DNA of 64,000 nucleotides from an uncultured Chloroflexia bacterium (GCA_963813535.1 CAWEZH010000002.1:960001-1024000), one strand, 5' to 3'. Counted from the stretch's first letter, positions 38,667-49,095 are shown. Numbers and translations: made by a program. The notes: generated from the letters alone by a model not told the origin.

Positions 38667-38954
38667 CTACCTGGTGGCAGCGTCCGTCCGAAAACACTCC
38701 GTGATCGTTCCCTGGGCCGGGTCGGCGGGCTGGGCGAACATGTCCGTCTCCCTCGGGCAGTCCTCAGGTCTCGGCGCGATGGCGATGACCTTGTGCGTGT
38801 GCGCCTCGCCGCAGGCGACAGGGGTCGTGCCCTGGTCGCCTTGCACGACACACGTGCCTACGGCCAGCAGATCGCGCTGGGCGACGCGCTCGCAACCGCC
38901 GAGCAGAAGCGCAAGTGCAGCGACTCCAGCGAGAGCCCACCGCCGATGGCCCAC
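38667..38954 (-). CDS. Small Cys-rich lipoprotein (LppU/septum-formation-like)
   Basis: Lipobox LLLGGC; VGTCV...VAC.EAH...C...C pattern; GAGGGG RBS. Confidence 0.6.
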   Translation of the reverse strand: MGHRRWALAGVAALALLLGGCERVAQRDLLAVGTCVVQGDQGTTPVACGEAHTHKVIAIAPRPEDCPRETDMFAQPADPAQGTITECFRTDAATR

Positions 38955-39071
38955 GTTCCCCCTCGACTCTGCTATCTGACACGGGCCAGCCACCGCTCGA
39001 CCCGACCCTCCGACGATCACGCCGAGGAACCCGTGATGTTGGCGGCCCGCGAAATCTCGGACAATCCCGTG

Positions 39072-39569
39072 ATGGAGTCCGAGACGAGTGTGGCGCGCGC
39101 CACCAAACTCGAGGCCGACCTTCACGCCGCCGCCTCGGCGCTGATCGCGGTGGTCGAGCGGATCGAACCCGAGCGCTGGACGCACGTCCCGAGCCCCTCC
39201 GTGTGGTCGGTCGGCAAGGATGCGGAGCACGTGGCGGAGGCCGCCGTGTATCACCAATGGATCGTCCGCCTCACGATCGGTCAGAAGGTGTCGAGGCGCC
39301 GGCCAGTCATCGAGCGGCAAGAACTCACGACGATCATGACCATGGAGCAGGCGGTTGATCTCATTCGCCAGCGCACCGATGAGGGAGCGGCGCTCATTTC
39401 GAGCCTGAGCGACGAGCAGCTGGCCATGCCGACGCGGCCCCCACGGGCCCGGGGGCAGTTGCTCGCCGACACGATCCAGCTCGTCTTGATCGGCCACTAC
39501 GACGCGCATCGCCGCGACATCGAACGAAAGCTCCGCGATGGCGGGCCGGCCTCCCTCGTACCGCGCTAG
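39072..39569 (+). CDS. DinB family protein
   Basis: WSVGKDAEHV and GHYDAH His pattern. Confidence 0.75.
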   Translation: MESETSVARATKLEADLHAAASALIAVVERIEPERWTHVPSPSVWSVGKDAEHVAEAAVYHQWIVRLTIGQKVSRRRPVIERQELTTIMTMEQAVDLIRQRTDEGAALISSLSDEQLAMPTRPPRARGQLLADTIQLVLIGHYDAHRRDIERKLRDGGPASLVPR

Positions 39570-39626
39570 AAGCCGCGTACCAGGTTCAGTACCTGCTCCG
39601 CGGCCGTGAAGCTGCGGCACGGACGG

Positions 39627-40352
39627 CTATTCCGGCAGCGCGATGGCCGCCAGGTCCTCGAGGCTGACCAGCGTGTCGGCCAACCTGTTGCGCTCAGCGT
39701 CGGATAGCGGGATCGCGAGGGCCCGGGCGATCGCGCCGGCTGCGGCAGCGTGATCATCGCCCCTCAGCGCGAGCTCCGCTCGGTACGCCAGCGCCTCGAC
39801 CAGCTCGATCGCGGATGCAGTGTCCTGATCCCGTTCGAGCGCACCGTCGAGGATCTGCGCCGCCCGAACGTCGTAGCCGTGCGAATCCCCCATCACGACG
39901 GCGTTCTGCAGGATCGCGCCCAACCTGCCGGTGGCCGGCTCGTCTTCCTGTTCGAGCTCGGCCGTGGCGGCGTTGATCCTGATCCAGTTGCCACCGGGAT
40001 CGATCACGGCGAACCCGGAAAGGTTGTCGGCGTTCTTGCGCTTGCGCGCGCGAGTCATCCGGGGGATGCCGGAGACGAGGAGCTTGCCATGGGCAGCGCG
40101 CATCGCGGCGGCGAATGCCCGGTACAGCTCGCCGGTGTCGGGCACGATCACCAGGCAGGTCCCGTAGGAGTCCTCGGGCTTGAAGTCCGGCATCTCGAAG
40201 AAGTGCAGGTTGATGTCGTCGCGTTTCAGCGCCACGTACGGGTTCGGGAGGGTCTGGCGGTAGGTCTGGGTGAAGCCGAGCATCGTGTAGAACTCGACGA
40301 TCTCTTCGATCGACCGGCAGGGAAGAAGCGGCACGGTGACTTCGTTGGCCAT
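39627..40352 (-). CDS. VOC/bleomycin-resistance family protein
   Basis: VPLLPCRS..FY.MLGF, LHFF, GIPRMTR, IDPGGNWIR. Confidence 0.8.
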   Translation of the reverse strand: MANEVTVPLLPCRSIEEIVEFYTMLGFTQTYRQTLPNPYVALKRDDINLHFFEMPDFKPEDSYGTCLVIVPDTGELYRAFAAAMRAAHGKLLVSGIPRMTRARKRKNADNLSGFAVIDPGGNWIRINAATAELEQEDEPATGRLGAILQNAVVMGDSHGYDVRAAQILDGALERDQDTASAIELVEALAYRAELALRGDDHAAAAGAIARALAIPLSDAERNRLADTLVSLEDLAAIALPE

Positions 40353-40437
40353 GAGCGTCTCCGTTCCATGGCGAGGGGCGGGCGGGAAGGGTAGCCGAGT
40401 CCGACCGATCCGGATGGCATCCGCGATGATGGCGGCC

Positions 40438-40872
40438 ATGCCCGTCCGCGACACCATCCCGCCCGAAGCGCTCCTCGACGACTTCCCTCCCCCGATGCAG
40501 GCCATCGCTCATCGGCTCCGCGAGATCGTCATCGCGGCGATCCCCGACGCGATCGAGCGCGTCCGGCCGGGCTGGCGGCTCATCGGCTACGACCTCCCGA
40601 TCCGCAAGAACGGCGTGTATTTCGCGTACGTCGCGCCGGAGTTCGAGCACGTCCACCTCGGTTTCGAGCACGGTTGGGCGATGCAGGATCCCGATGGTGT
40701 CCTCAAAGGCGAGGGCATCACGAAGCGGGTGCGCTGGCGGACTTTCCGCCCGGGCGACGATATCGACGCCGACCGGTGCGTAGCGCTGGTCCGCGAGGCC
40801 GCCCGTGTCGCGGCGATGACCCGGGGCGAGCGCGCCCTGCGCGCGATGGACGAGGAGACCGGGCCGATCTAG
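40438..40872 (+). CDS. DUF1801 domain protein
   Basis: LREIV..IPDA.E...GW..IGY, HVHLGFEHG..DPDGVLKG. Confidence 0.75.
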   Translation: MPVRDTIPPEALLDDFPPPMQAIAHRLREIVIAAIPDAIERVRPGWRLIGYDLPIRKNGVYFAYVAPEFEHVHLGFEHGWAMQDPDGVLKGEGITKRVRWRTFRPGDDIDADRCVALVREAARVAAMTRGERALRAMDEETGPI

Positions 40873-41465
40873 GCCGTGGTCGGTGGGTACGCCCGCTCGT
40901 CGCGCTCGGCGCCCTCGGCGATGGCGGCGATCCGTTTCGCCCGCGTCTCGGGCCGCTTCGCCTGGACGACCCACTCCAGCATCGCCCGCCGCGCGCTCCG
41001 TGAGAACGCATCCCAGTGCTCGCGCGCCGGAGGACGGGTTGCCAGCGCGGCCGCGAGATCGTCAGGGACGATGAGCTTCTCGACGTCGTCGAGCAGTGTC
41101 CACGAGCCTGACCGCTTTGCCGCCTCGATCGCCTCGAAACCCGCGGGCAGCATCAGCCCGGCCGCCGTGAGTCGCTCGACCCGCTCCTTGTTCGAACGCG
41201 CCCATGCGCTCCCCGGCCGACGCGGCGCGAACCACTGGATCGACCGCTCCTCATCGATCGTCTTGCCGCTCGAGTCGATCCAGCCGACGCACAGCGCTTC
41301 CTCGACGGCCTCCTCGTATGACACGCTCGTTCCCCCCGAGCCCCGCCGCCACGACACGAGGAACACACCGTTCAACGCGGCGTGGTTGTCGATCAGCCAG
41401 GCCCGCCAGCCGGCCCGGTCGAACGGCCCGACCATCGGCCGTCCGTCGGGCGCCGCGGTCGGCAC
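40869..41465 (-). CDS. YdeI/OmpD-associated family protein
   Basis: WRAWL..NH, EEALCVGWIDS, PRRPGSAW, VPDDL, AKRPETRAKR. Confidence 0.88.
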   Translation of the reverse strand: MPTAAPDGRPMVGPFDRAGWRAWLIDNHAALNGVFLVSWRRGSGGTSVSYEEAVEEALCVGWIDSSGKTIDEERSIQWFAPRRPGSAWARSNKERVERLTAAGLMLPAGFEAIEAAKRSGSWTLLDDVEKLIVPDDLAAALATRPPAREHWDAFSRSARRAMLEWVVQAKRPETRAKRIAAIAEGAERDERAYPPTTA

Positions 41466-41476
41466 GTCCTTCGCGC

Positions 41477-42925
41477 TCAGTCCGCCGCCCCTCGTGGGTC
41501 CCAGGTGACGACGCCGATCGGCAGGGGTCGCTGACCGCGGAGGCCCACCAGACGGTCGGCATCCACCTCGATCAGCTCGTCGAGGGCGTCCTGGTAGCGC
41601 TGGTCGGCCCCGCTGCCGGGCTCGATCCAGAGTTGACGCCGGAGGAACATCTCGAGCTCGTCACGCGAGGCGAACCGCCGCGGGTCCCGGGCGAGCATCT
41701 CGACCACCGGCGCATGCCCGCGAGCCTGCAACAGCTCCACGAAGTCGGCCAGCGCCGGCAACGAGACTCTGGCCTCGCCGTGGACCGGCGGCCAGCACAC
41801 GTCGGCGATCGACGCCGGCTGGCGCTCCATGAGGACCGCGACGCACAGCCGGCGGGCGACCGACTCCATCGACCGGACGAACGGCCCGATCGCTTCGATG
41901 TCGTAGCCGACATGGGCGATCAGTGCGACGTCGGCCTCGAACCGCTGGAGGGCGATCCCGTCGGTAGGTGGCCAACGCGTCTCGATGACCTCGACATCGG
42001 TCACACCGTGCTCGACCTGGAGCTCCATCAGCGCGTCGAGCATGCCCGGCGACGCGTCGAGCGCGATCACGCGTCCGCCACTCGGGGCGAGCGCCATGGC
42101 GATCGGCAGCGCGTAGCGGCCGGCACCGGCACCGATATCGATCCATGTCTCGCCCGGTCGAACGAGTCCCCGAAGCACGTCGAGGACCGGTTCATCGGTG
42201 CGCCGCGGGTCGGCTCGGAAGAGGCCGCTGACGGGCGCATAGAAGTCGGCGCCGTCCGGAACTTCGCGGAAGCGCTCGACTTGCTCGGCGTTGGCGATGA
42301 CCCTGGCTGCCCAGGCGTTCTCGAGGAGGCCGACCAGATCGGCCCGCGTGTCGACATCGGGATTGCCGCCGTCGACCCGGATCGGGATCTCCTGGATCAG
42401 CTCCGGATGCGACTCGAGGAACGGCCCCAGCCCGCGGTCGCCACTCGTCTCGTCGACCAGCCCGAACGCCGCACGTCGCACGAGCACCGGGTTCCGCCCT
42501 GCACCGTCGCCGTAGACCGGGACGACGATGGGGCGGTCGGACGACGCCTCGGCGTCGAGCAACGCGCGGATCGCCCGTGGCGGCAATCGTGGCTGGTCGC
42601 CGAGGACGATGAGCGCGGCATCGGCGTCGGCGCGCAGTGCCCCGATCCCGACCTTGAGCGAACTCGATAGGCCCTCCTCGGGCTCGGGGTTGACCACCTG
42701 GCGGGCAGCGCCCCAATCGATCGCCCCATCGAAGTCTCCGGCGTCGTTGCCGACGACGACCACGACGTCGTGGAGCCCGGAGCTTTCGAGCCGATCGAGC
42801 ACGTGCTGGAGGATCGGTCGGCCCTCGAGCGGAGCGAGCAGCTTGCCGCCACCGAACCGCGACCCCGCGCCGGCGGCGAGCACGACGGCGGCGATGCCGG
42901 CCGGAGCCGGAGGAGTGCGTCCCAT
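41477..42925 (-). CDS. MocA/MobA-like nucleotidyltransferase fused to a class I SAM methyltransferase
   Basis: LAAGAGSRFGGGKLL, GDQP, GDRG, DVDT, then IDIGAGAGRY and ALDASPGML in one frame. Confidence 0.82.
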   Translation of the reverse strand: MGRTPPAPAGIAAVVLAAGAGSRFGGGKLLAPLEGRPILQHVLDRLESSGLHDVVVVVGNDAGDFDGAIDWGAARQVVNPEPEEGLSSSLKVGIGALRADADAALIVLGDQPRLPPRAIRALLDAEASSDRPIVVPVYGDGAGRNPVLVRRAAFGLVDETSGDRGLGPFLESHPELIQEIPIRVDGGNPDVDTRADLVGLLENAWAARVIANAEQVERFREVPDGADFYAPVSGLFRADPRRTDEPVLDVLRGLVRPGETWIDIGAGAGRYALPIAMALAPSGGRVIALDASPGMLDALMELQVEHGVTDVEVIETRWPPTDGIALQRFEADVALIAHVGYDIEAIGPFVRSMESVARRLCVAVLMERQPASIADVCWPPVHGEARVSLPALADFVELLQARGHAPVVEMLARDPRRFASRDELEMFLRRQLWIEPGSGADQRYQDALDELIEVDADRLVGLRGQRPLPIGVVTWDPRGAAD

Positions 42926-42995
42926 CCTTCCGATGCTCGCGTACGCGTCAACCACCCGTCACCGCACCAGGGCACGAAGCTTGCCCGCGAGGCCC

Positions 42996-43346
42996 CTAGG
43001 CCTCGGCCTCGTCCTCCTCGTCGACCTCCGCGCCCGCGTCGAACAGGCCGGGTGTCCGCTCCGCGGCCCGTCCGGGCCGAGGCTCTTTGGCGCCGATCCG
43101 CCGCCGCGTCACAACGTCGACCGTTGTGTCGCCCTCGCGCGCCGGGTGTTCGACCAGCGCGATGATCCGGCTCGCCATGAATCGCCCCGTGCGGACCGGG
43201 GACCCGCCGCGGGTCACCTCGGTGACCTCGACCACGCCTCGAGCCGTCGTCACCTCGATCCGACGGCCCGCGCGACTCGCGACGATCTCGAAATTCTGCA
43301 CGGCCCCACCCGTATCGACCACGACCTCGACTCGATCGCCCTTCAT
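42996..43346 (-). CDS. Small conserved hypothetical protein of the cox accessory block
   Basis: GGGAGG RBS; beta-rich MKGDRVEVVVD...TGRFMASRIIALVEHP. Confidence 0.65.
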   Translation of the reverse strand: MKGDRVEVVVDTGGAVQNFEIVASRAGRRIEVTTARGVVEVTEVTRGGSPVRTGRFMASRIIALVEHPAREGDTTVDVVTRRRIGAKEPRPGRAAERTPGLFDAGAEVDEEDEAEA

Positions 43347-43417
43347 GACCTCCCTTTCCGCCGGCAGGTGCCGGCCCCTACCCGGCGGTGCCGGCGCATA
43401 CGCAGCGTGACCGGCAC

Positions 43418-44572
43418 CTACCCGGCCGTGACCGGCGTGCCTTCGATCGCGACGCGCGTTCCCGCGTCGCCCAGCGTGGCCCGCTCGCGCATCGGGACCC
43501 CCGAGCCGCCATACCGCTCGGCAACGACCTCGGCAAGGATCGCCAAGGCCGTCTCGGGCGGCTGCCGTCCACCGAGATCGAGTCCTACCGGACCACGCAG
43601 GCCGGCCAGTGCCTCCTGGCTGACGCCGAGCTCGAGCAGCCGACGTCGGCGATCCGCCTGGGTCTTGCGCGAGCCGACCGCCCCGACGTACCGACACCCG
43701 CGCTTCAACGCCTCGACGATGGCCGGCTCATCGAACTTGACGTCGTGGGTCAGGACCGCGACCGCGTCGTTCGGACCCAGCCCGATCTCGTCGGCGACCT
43801 CATCGGGCCAGCCGACGACCAGCCCATCCGCATCGGGGAACCGCTCGCGCGTGGCGAACGACGCGCGGCCGTCGATGACGACCGTCTCGAAGCCGAGCTC
43901 CTTGGCCAGCCTGACGAGCGTCCGCGCGACCTCGACCGCCCCGACGATCACCAGCCGCGGCCGGACCGGGAACACTTCGACGAACAGCGACCGCCCACCG
44001 AGCTCGACGGTCCTCGACTGGCCCCGTCGCAGCGCCTCGATCGCCGCATCGACCAGCGCGCTGTCGAGACCGGCGTCGCCGAGCGAGCCCTCCAGCCGGC
44101 CGTCCTCGTGGACGACGAGCTTCGGCTCGGGCGGTGCCCCATTGCCGGGCTGATGCGGCCCGCCCGCAGCCGGCGGCGAGTCCGCGGGGAGCGGCGTGAT
44201 CACCGCGGCGCCCTGGCCGCCGGCGCCGAGGGACTCGGTCGCCGCCCGCACGGCGTCGGACGGCACGGCGGGTTCGACGAGCACGTCGATCGTGCCGCCA
44301 CAGGCCAGCCCGACATCCCACGCCTGCTCGTCGCTGATGCCATAGCGGATGACCAGGGCATTGCCGGTCTCCCGGGCGTGCTCGATCTGTTCCGCCGCCG
44401 CCCCCTCGACACAGCCGCCGCTGACCGAACCCGCGATCCGGCCGTCGGTGGCGTGCAGGAGCACCGCTCCCTCAGGCCGCGGCGCCGAACCGAAGGTGCG
44501 GACGACGACCGCGCGACCCGCGTCGACCCCCTCGCCCTGCCAGGTGGACAGTGTGTCGAGCAGTTCCTTCAT
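43418..44572 (-). CDS. xdhC: XdhC/CoxI-family Mo-cofactor maturation protein
   Basis: GSAPRPEG, GSVSGGCVE, GLACGG, LTHD.KFD, YVGAVGSR, PVGLDLG. Confidence 0.88.
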   Translation of the reverse strand: MKELLDTLSTWQGEGVDAGRAVVVRTFGSAPRPEGAVLLHATDGRIAGSVSGGCVEGAAAEQIEHARETGNALVIRYGISDEQAWDVGLACGGTIDVLVEPAVPSDAVRAATESLGAGGQGAAVITPLPADSPPAAGGPHQPGNGAPPEPKLVVHEDGRLEGSLGDAGLDSALVDAAIEALRRGQSRTVELGGRSLFVEVFPVRPRLVIVGAVEVARTLVRLAKELGFETVVIDGRASFATRERFPDADGLVVGWPDEVADEIGLGPNDAVAVLTHDVKFDEPAIVEALKRGCRYVGAVGSRKTQADRRRRLLELGVSQEALAGLRGPVGLDLGGRQPPETALAILAEVVAERYGGSGVPMRERATLGDAGTRVAIEGTPVTAG

Positions 44573-45972
44573 CGCATGGGCCTCGCGGTGGTGGGATCGG
44601 TTGGCGTGCCGCCCACCACGGTGGGAGGCGCGACGCCGGCCAGGTCGGCGACCCCGGCAAGACCGGGGAGCGCCGCGTGCGCCGCCGCTTCGGCCCCCTG
44701 GCGGGTGTCGGCCGAGCGGACGCCGCCGAGGATCTCACCGAGTCGCTCGAGCGACGCGACCGTGCCGGCCGGCAGGAAATCGTCGATATACGGGTAGGCG
44801 GCACGCATCCCGCCGGCAAGCGGCTGGTAGCCGGGCGTGCCGGCCAGCGGGTTGAGCCACACGAGCCGATGGCAGTTGCGGCGCAGGCGCGCGGTCTCGG
44901 CGGCGACCAGGCTCGGGTCGCCCCGGTCCCAGCCGTCGGACACGACGATCACCACCCCACTCGAGCGCAAAGAACGACGCGCCCAGTGCTGGTTGAACGT
45001 CCGGAAGCTCTCGCCGATACGAGTCCCGCCCGCCCAATCGTTGACGGCCTCGCTCACGCGCGTGAGCGCGCGGTCGCGGTCCTTGTCGCGGAGGAGGCGC
45101 GTGACGCGCGTCAGCCTGGTCCCGAACACGAACGACTCCGCGCGCACCTCGCTCGACGCAGACAGCGCCTGGATGAACCGCAGAAGCAGCCGGGAGTGAC
45201 GCTCCATCGACCCGGAGATATCGCACAGCACGACGAGCGACCGCGGCTCGCGGACCGGCCGGCGCCAGACCCACGACATCAGCTGGCCACCCGTCCCGAG
45301 GTTGCGCCGGAACATCGCGCGCGGCGCCAGGCGCCGCCCGTGGGAGTGGAGCTCGTAGCGCCGCGTCCGACGTTGCTCGAGCCGCGGCACGAGCTCATCG
45401 ACCAGCCGCTCGGCGTCGCGCAGCTCCGCGGGCGTCATCCGGTCGAACTCGCGGTGCTTCAGCATCTCGCCGCGCGAGTACGCGTCGGGCGCCACGACCA
45501 TGCCCTCGATGTCATCGCCGCTGTCGTCCTCGTCGGCGGTGGACGGGATCGGCACACCCCATTCGTCGGGCCGCGACGAGATGTGTTCGTCGCCGGCCGT
45601 CGGCGAGGCCTCGCCCGTGGCGTCGTCACCCTCGGTCTCGGTCCCGTCCGGGTGGCGAAGCGGCGGCGCCTGGAAGTCGCCCGGCCGCCGGCCGCGTGAT
45701 CGCCACCAGCGGTCGAACACGACGTCGTAGGTCTCGCGATCGTCGCGGCGTCGCACGAAGACCGCCTCGCCGGCGGCGCGCACCTGTTCGCGCGAACCCA
45801 TGTCGACGAGGGTCAAGGCACGCGCGTAGTCGACGGCGGCGCCGAGATCGATGTGGAGGCCGGCGGCGCGCAGCGCCCGGCCGAAGCCGACCGCTTCGTT
45901 CAGCAGGCGACGGCCGTCGACCTCCGGGCCCCACGGAGCCTTGACGACGGCGGGATCGTCATCGGCCTGCAT
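44569..45972 (-). CDS. coxE: CoxE-family VWA protein
   Basis: LCDISGSME, FGTRLTRVT, WAGGTRIGES, SDGWDRGD, WLNPL. Confidence 0.88.
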   Translation of the reverse strand: MQADDDPAVVKAPWGPEVDGRRLLNEAVGFGRALRAAGLHIDLGAAVDYARALTLVDMGSREQVRAAGEAVFVRRRDDRETYDVVFDRWWRSRGRRPGDFQAPPLRHPDGTETEGDDATGEASPTAGDEHISSRPDEWGVPIPSTADEDDSGDDIEGMVVAPDAYSRGEMLKHREFDRMTPAELRDAERLVDELVPRLEQRRTRRYELHSHGRRLAPRAMFRRNLGTGGQLMSWVWRRPVREPRSLVVLCDISGSMERHSRLLLRFIQALSASSEVRAESFVFGTRLTRVTRLLRDKDRDRALTRVSEAVNDWAGGTRIGESFRTFNQHWARRSLRSSGVVIVVSDGWDRGDPSLVAAETARLRRNCHRLVWLNPLAGTPGYQPLAGGMRAAYPYIDDFLPAGTVASLERLGEILGGVRSADTRQGAEAAAHAALPGLAGVADLAGVAPPTVVGGTPTDPTTARPMR

Positions 45973-48136
45973 CCGCTGACTGTGCCACGACCGCGCCGCG
46001 ACTGCCGAACGGGCCGGGGGCCGGGGCGTGGACGACTCGATACGGGGACGTGTTCGAGATGACCTCGACGGTCCCGTCGCGGAAGAGGATCTCCATCGAC
46101 CCCCCGCCGACCCGCAGGTTGTGGATCGCGATCTCGGGCAGCCAGTCTGGTAGCTGCGGGTTCACGTACAGCTTGGAGCCATCCGCGTCGACGGTCGCGT
46201 GGAGGCCGCACAGGATCGCCACGAACCGGAACACCGAGCCCGCGGCCCATGCCTGGGGCACGTTGGCACCGAGATACGGCACCGGGAAACTGGCCGGAAC
46301 GCGCGGCAACCCCGAGAACAGCTCCGGAAGGCGAAGGCCGACCAACCGTTCGGCGGCGTCGAAGATGCCCTTGGCGACCTGCGCAGCCTCGTCGGCGTAG
46401 CCGTACCGGCGGAAGCCGCCCGCCGCTGTCGCGTTGTCGTGGGGCCAGACCGAGCCGGTGTGGTACGAGAACGGGTTGTAGGCGGGATGCTCCGTCGACA
46501 GCGTCCGGATGCCCCAGCCCGACCACATATCGTCGGCCATCAGCCGGCGAACGACGCGACCGGCGCGTTCAGGCGGGACGATGCCCGACTGGAGGAGGTG
46601 GCCGGCGTTCGACGCGACGCTCCGGATCGGCTCCTTGCGCCCGTTGAGCCCGAGGTAGTAGGTGCCTTCCTGCTCCCACCAGAAGGTGTCGTTGAACCGG
46701 TCGTACAGACGCTGGGCCGCGCGCCGCAGGCGCCGCGCATCCTTCGGGCGTTCGAGGACGTCGTAGATGTCGGCCATGCGGTTCTTCGCGTCGAAAACGT
46801 AGCCCTGGAGCTCGCAGGTGGCGATCGGCAAGGGGGCAAGGGTGCCGTCGGCTTCGGGGATGGCGTCGCCGGCGTCCTTCCAACCCTGGTTGTACATGCC
46901 GTGCGACGAGCGCGTCTTGTACTCCTGGAACCCGTCGCCGTCGCGATCGCCGAAGTGGTCGATCCAGGCCATCGCCGCCTCAGCGTTGGGCAGATAGCGG
47001 CGCAGGATCTCGGGGTCGCCGATCCAGTGATAGAGGTACGAGAGCACGATCACGAACAGGCTCGTCGCATCGTGCGTCCCGTAGTACGGCTGATATGGCA
47101 GGATCCCGAGCTGCGCCAGCTCGCCGTGGCGGATCTCGTGCGGGATCTTGCCGGGCTCCATGTCGCGTTCCGGGTCGTCGGACTTGGCCTGCAGCTCGGA
47201 CAGGCGGCGGAGCGCGCCCGACGCGAACTCGGGGAAGCCGGAGATCCCCTGCATCGACACGATCAGCGAGTCGCGCCCGAAGAGCGTCACGAACCAGGGC
47301 ACGCCGGCAGCCGGGATGAACACGCCGCGCTCGAACGAGGGGTCCTCCAGGCGCAGTGCCTCCAGGTCGCGCACGGCCTGGTCCCACGCCCGATCGACCG
47401 TCTGGTTCGGTGTCTGGACGCTCACGTTGGGGAGCGTCGGCCGGACGAGCTTGCGTAGCGGCGCGTCGACCGCGTTGCATGGCAGGGTGACGAGGCGGCG
47501 ATGCGACCGGGTGACCGGCAACCATTTCAGGCACGTATGCCAGACACCCTTCGGCGGGATGTTCGCTACGAATACCAGGCGGCCGTTGGCGAACTGGGGC
47601 GTGGAGCCGGGGCGCTCGACAGCGACGATCAGGTCGCGCCGGAAGTCGCGGTTGACGTAGGCGGTCCGGAGCTCGCCCCGCGACCTGAACCAGCGCGTGT
47701 TGATCTCGCCCCGCCGGACGATCTCGCCGCGCTTGACGTCGAAGATGTCGGCGAAGTCGGACAAGACGGCGATCTCGATCGTCAGACGGACGGGTCGGCG
47801 GGCGTAGTTGACGATGTCGATGTCCTCGTGGATCGCATCGGCGACCGTCCGGTCGACGCGCATCGCGAGCGACTGGCGGTCGATGGAGCCCGCGGAATCG
47901 ATGAGGTCGTCGTTCGTGAACTCGAACCGGGACGAGAAGGACTGGATCGGCGCCGAGGCCAGGAGGATCGGCCGGCGGCCGTTGATCCACAGGTCGTAGC
48001 CGGAGATGAACCGCGTGTCCCGGGTGAAGAACCCGTCGGCCTCGCCGAGGACCCGTCCGTCCGGCTGGCAGATCAGGACACGGTCGTCCCGGTTGATCGT
48101 GATCGTCGACGGTCCGACCTGGACCGGGAACGTCAT
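45959..48136 (-). CDS. Amylo-alpha-1,6-glucosidase (glycogen-debranching, GDE_N plus GDE_C)
   Basis: DFADIFDVK, AAGVPWFVTLFGRDS, EPGKIPHEIR, YYGTHDAT, NQGWKD, YHTGSVWPHDN, PELF, PQAWA. Confidence 0.9.
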   Translation of the reverse strand: MTFPVQVGPSTITINRDDRVLICQPDGRVLGEADGFFTRDTRFISGYDLWINGRRPILLASAPIQSFSSRFEFTNDDLIDSAGSIDRQSLAMRVDRTVADAIHEDIDIVNYARRPVRLTIEIAVLSDFADIFDVKRGEIVRRGEINTRWFRSRGELRTAYVNRDFRRDLIVAVERPGSTPQFANGRLVFVANIPPKGVWHTCLKWLPVTRSHRRLVTLPCNAVDAPLRKLVRPTLPNVSVQTPNQTVDRAWDQAVRDLEALRLEDPSFERGVFIPAAGVPWFVTLFGRDSLIVSMQGISGFPEFASGALRRLSELQAKSDDPERDMEPGKIPHEIRHGELAQLGILPYQPYYGTHDATSLFVIVLSYLYHWIGDPEILRRYLPNAEAAMAWIDHFGDRDGDGFQEYKTRSSHGMYNQGWKDAGDAIPEADGTLAPLPIATCELQGYVFDAKNRMADIYDVLERPKDARRLRRAAQRLYDRFNDTFWWEQEGTYYLGLNGRKEPIRSVASNAGHLLQSGIVPPERAGRVVRRLMADDMWSGWGIRTLSTEHPAYNPFSYHTGSVWPHDNATAAGGFRRYGYADEAAQVAKGIFDAAERLVGLRLPELFSGLPRVPASFPVPYLGANVPQAWAAGSVFRFVAILCGLHATVDADGSKLYVNPQLPDWLPEIAIHNLRVGGGSMEILFRDGTVEVISNTSPYRVVHAPAPGPFGSRGAVVAQSADAGR

Positions 48137-48164
48137 CGGGCGATCGATCTCAGCAGGACAGACA

Positions 48165-49095
48165 TCAGCCCCGGGCGGCGACCTCGGTCAGCATCCGGGC
48201 GGCCTGCTCGCCGCGGATCTGGCGGATGTCCTCCTCGTACTTGAGGACGACGCCCAGCGTCTCGTCGACGAGCTCGGGTTTCAGCTCGCGGGCTCCGAGC
48301 GACAGCAACGCCGCGGCCCAATCGAGCGTTTCGGCGATGCCCGGGCACCTTGGTCAGGTCGGCTTCGCGCAGCCGGTGGACGAACCCCACGACCTCGCGC
48401 GCGAGCTGTTCCGGCGCGGCGGGCACCCGCGCGAGCACGATCTCGTACTCCTTCTGGGCGGTCGGGTAGTCGATCCAGTGGTACAGGCAGCGCCGCTTGA
48501 GCGCGTCGTGGACCTCGCGCGTCCGGTTCGAGGTGAGGATGACCCGCGGTGGCTTCACCGCCTGGATCGTGCCGATCTCGGGCACCGTGACCTGGAAGTC
48601 GGACAGGATCTCGAGGAGATACGCCTCGAACTCCTCGTCCGCCCGGTCGATCTCGTCGATGAGCAGCACCGGGGCGACCCCATCGTCGCTCTCGAGCGCC
48701 TGGAGCAGTGGTCGGCGGATGAGGAAGTCGGGCCCGAAGATGTCCTGGGCGCTGGCCCGCTCGGCCTCGCCGCGCGCCTCGAGCAACCGGATCTCGAGCA
48801 TCTGGCGCGGGTAATTCCACTCGTACACCGCGGTGTTGACGTCGAGGCCCTCGTAGCACTGCAGCCGGATCAGGCGCGCGCCGAGCGACGCGGCGAGGAC
48901 CTTGGCGAGCTCGGTCTTGCCGACGCCAGCCTCGCCCTCCAGCAGGAGCGGACGGCCGAGCTCGAGCGCCAGGAAGACGGCCGTCCCGAGCGAGCGGTCC
49001 GCGATGTAGTCGCGCGAGCGGAAATCCTCGGTCAGGGCATCGATGGAGCGGGTGCCGGGCGGTCGGTCGTCGCGGTCCGCCGGTTGGTCGGTCAT
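48165..49095 (-). pseudogene. coxD: CoxD/MoxR AAA+ ATPase, frameshifted near 48345
   Basis: EGEAGVGKT, RLQCYEG, LLIDEIDRAD, DALKRRC. KVPG-IAETLDW resumes in the next frame after one extra C and ends at TGA 48165. Confidence 0.85.
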
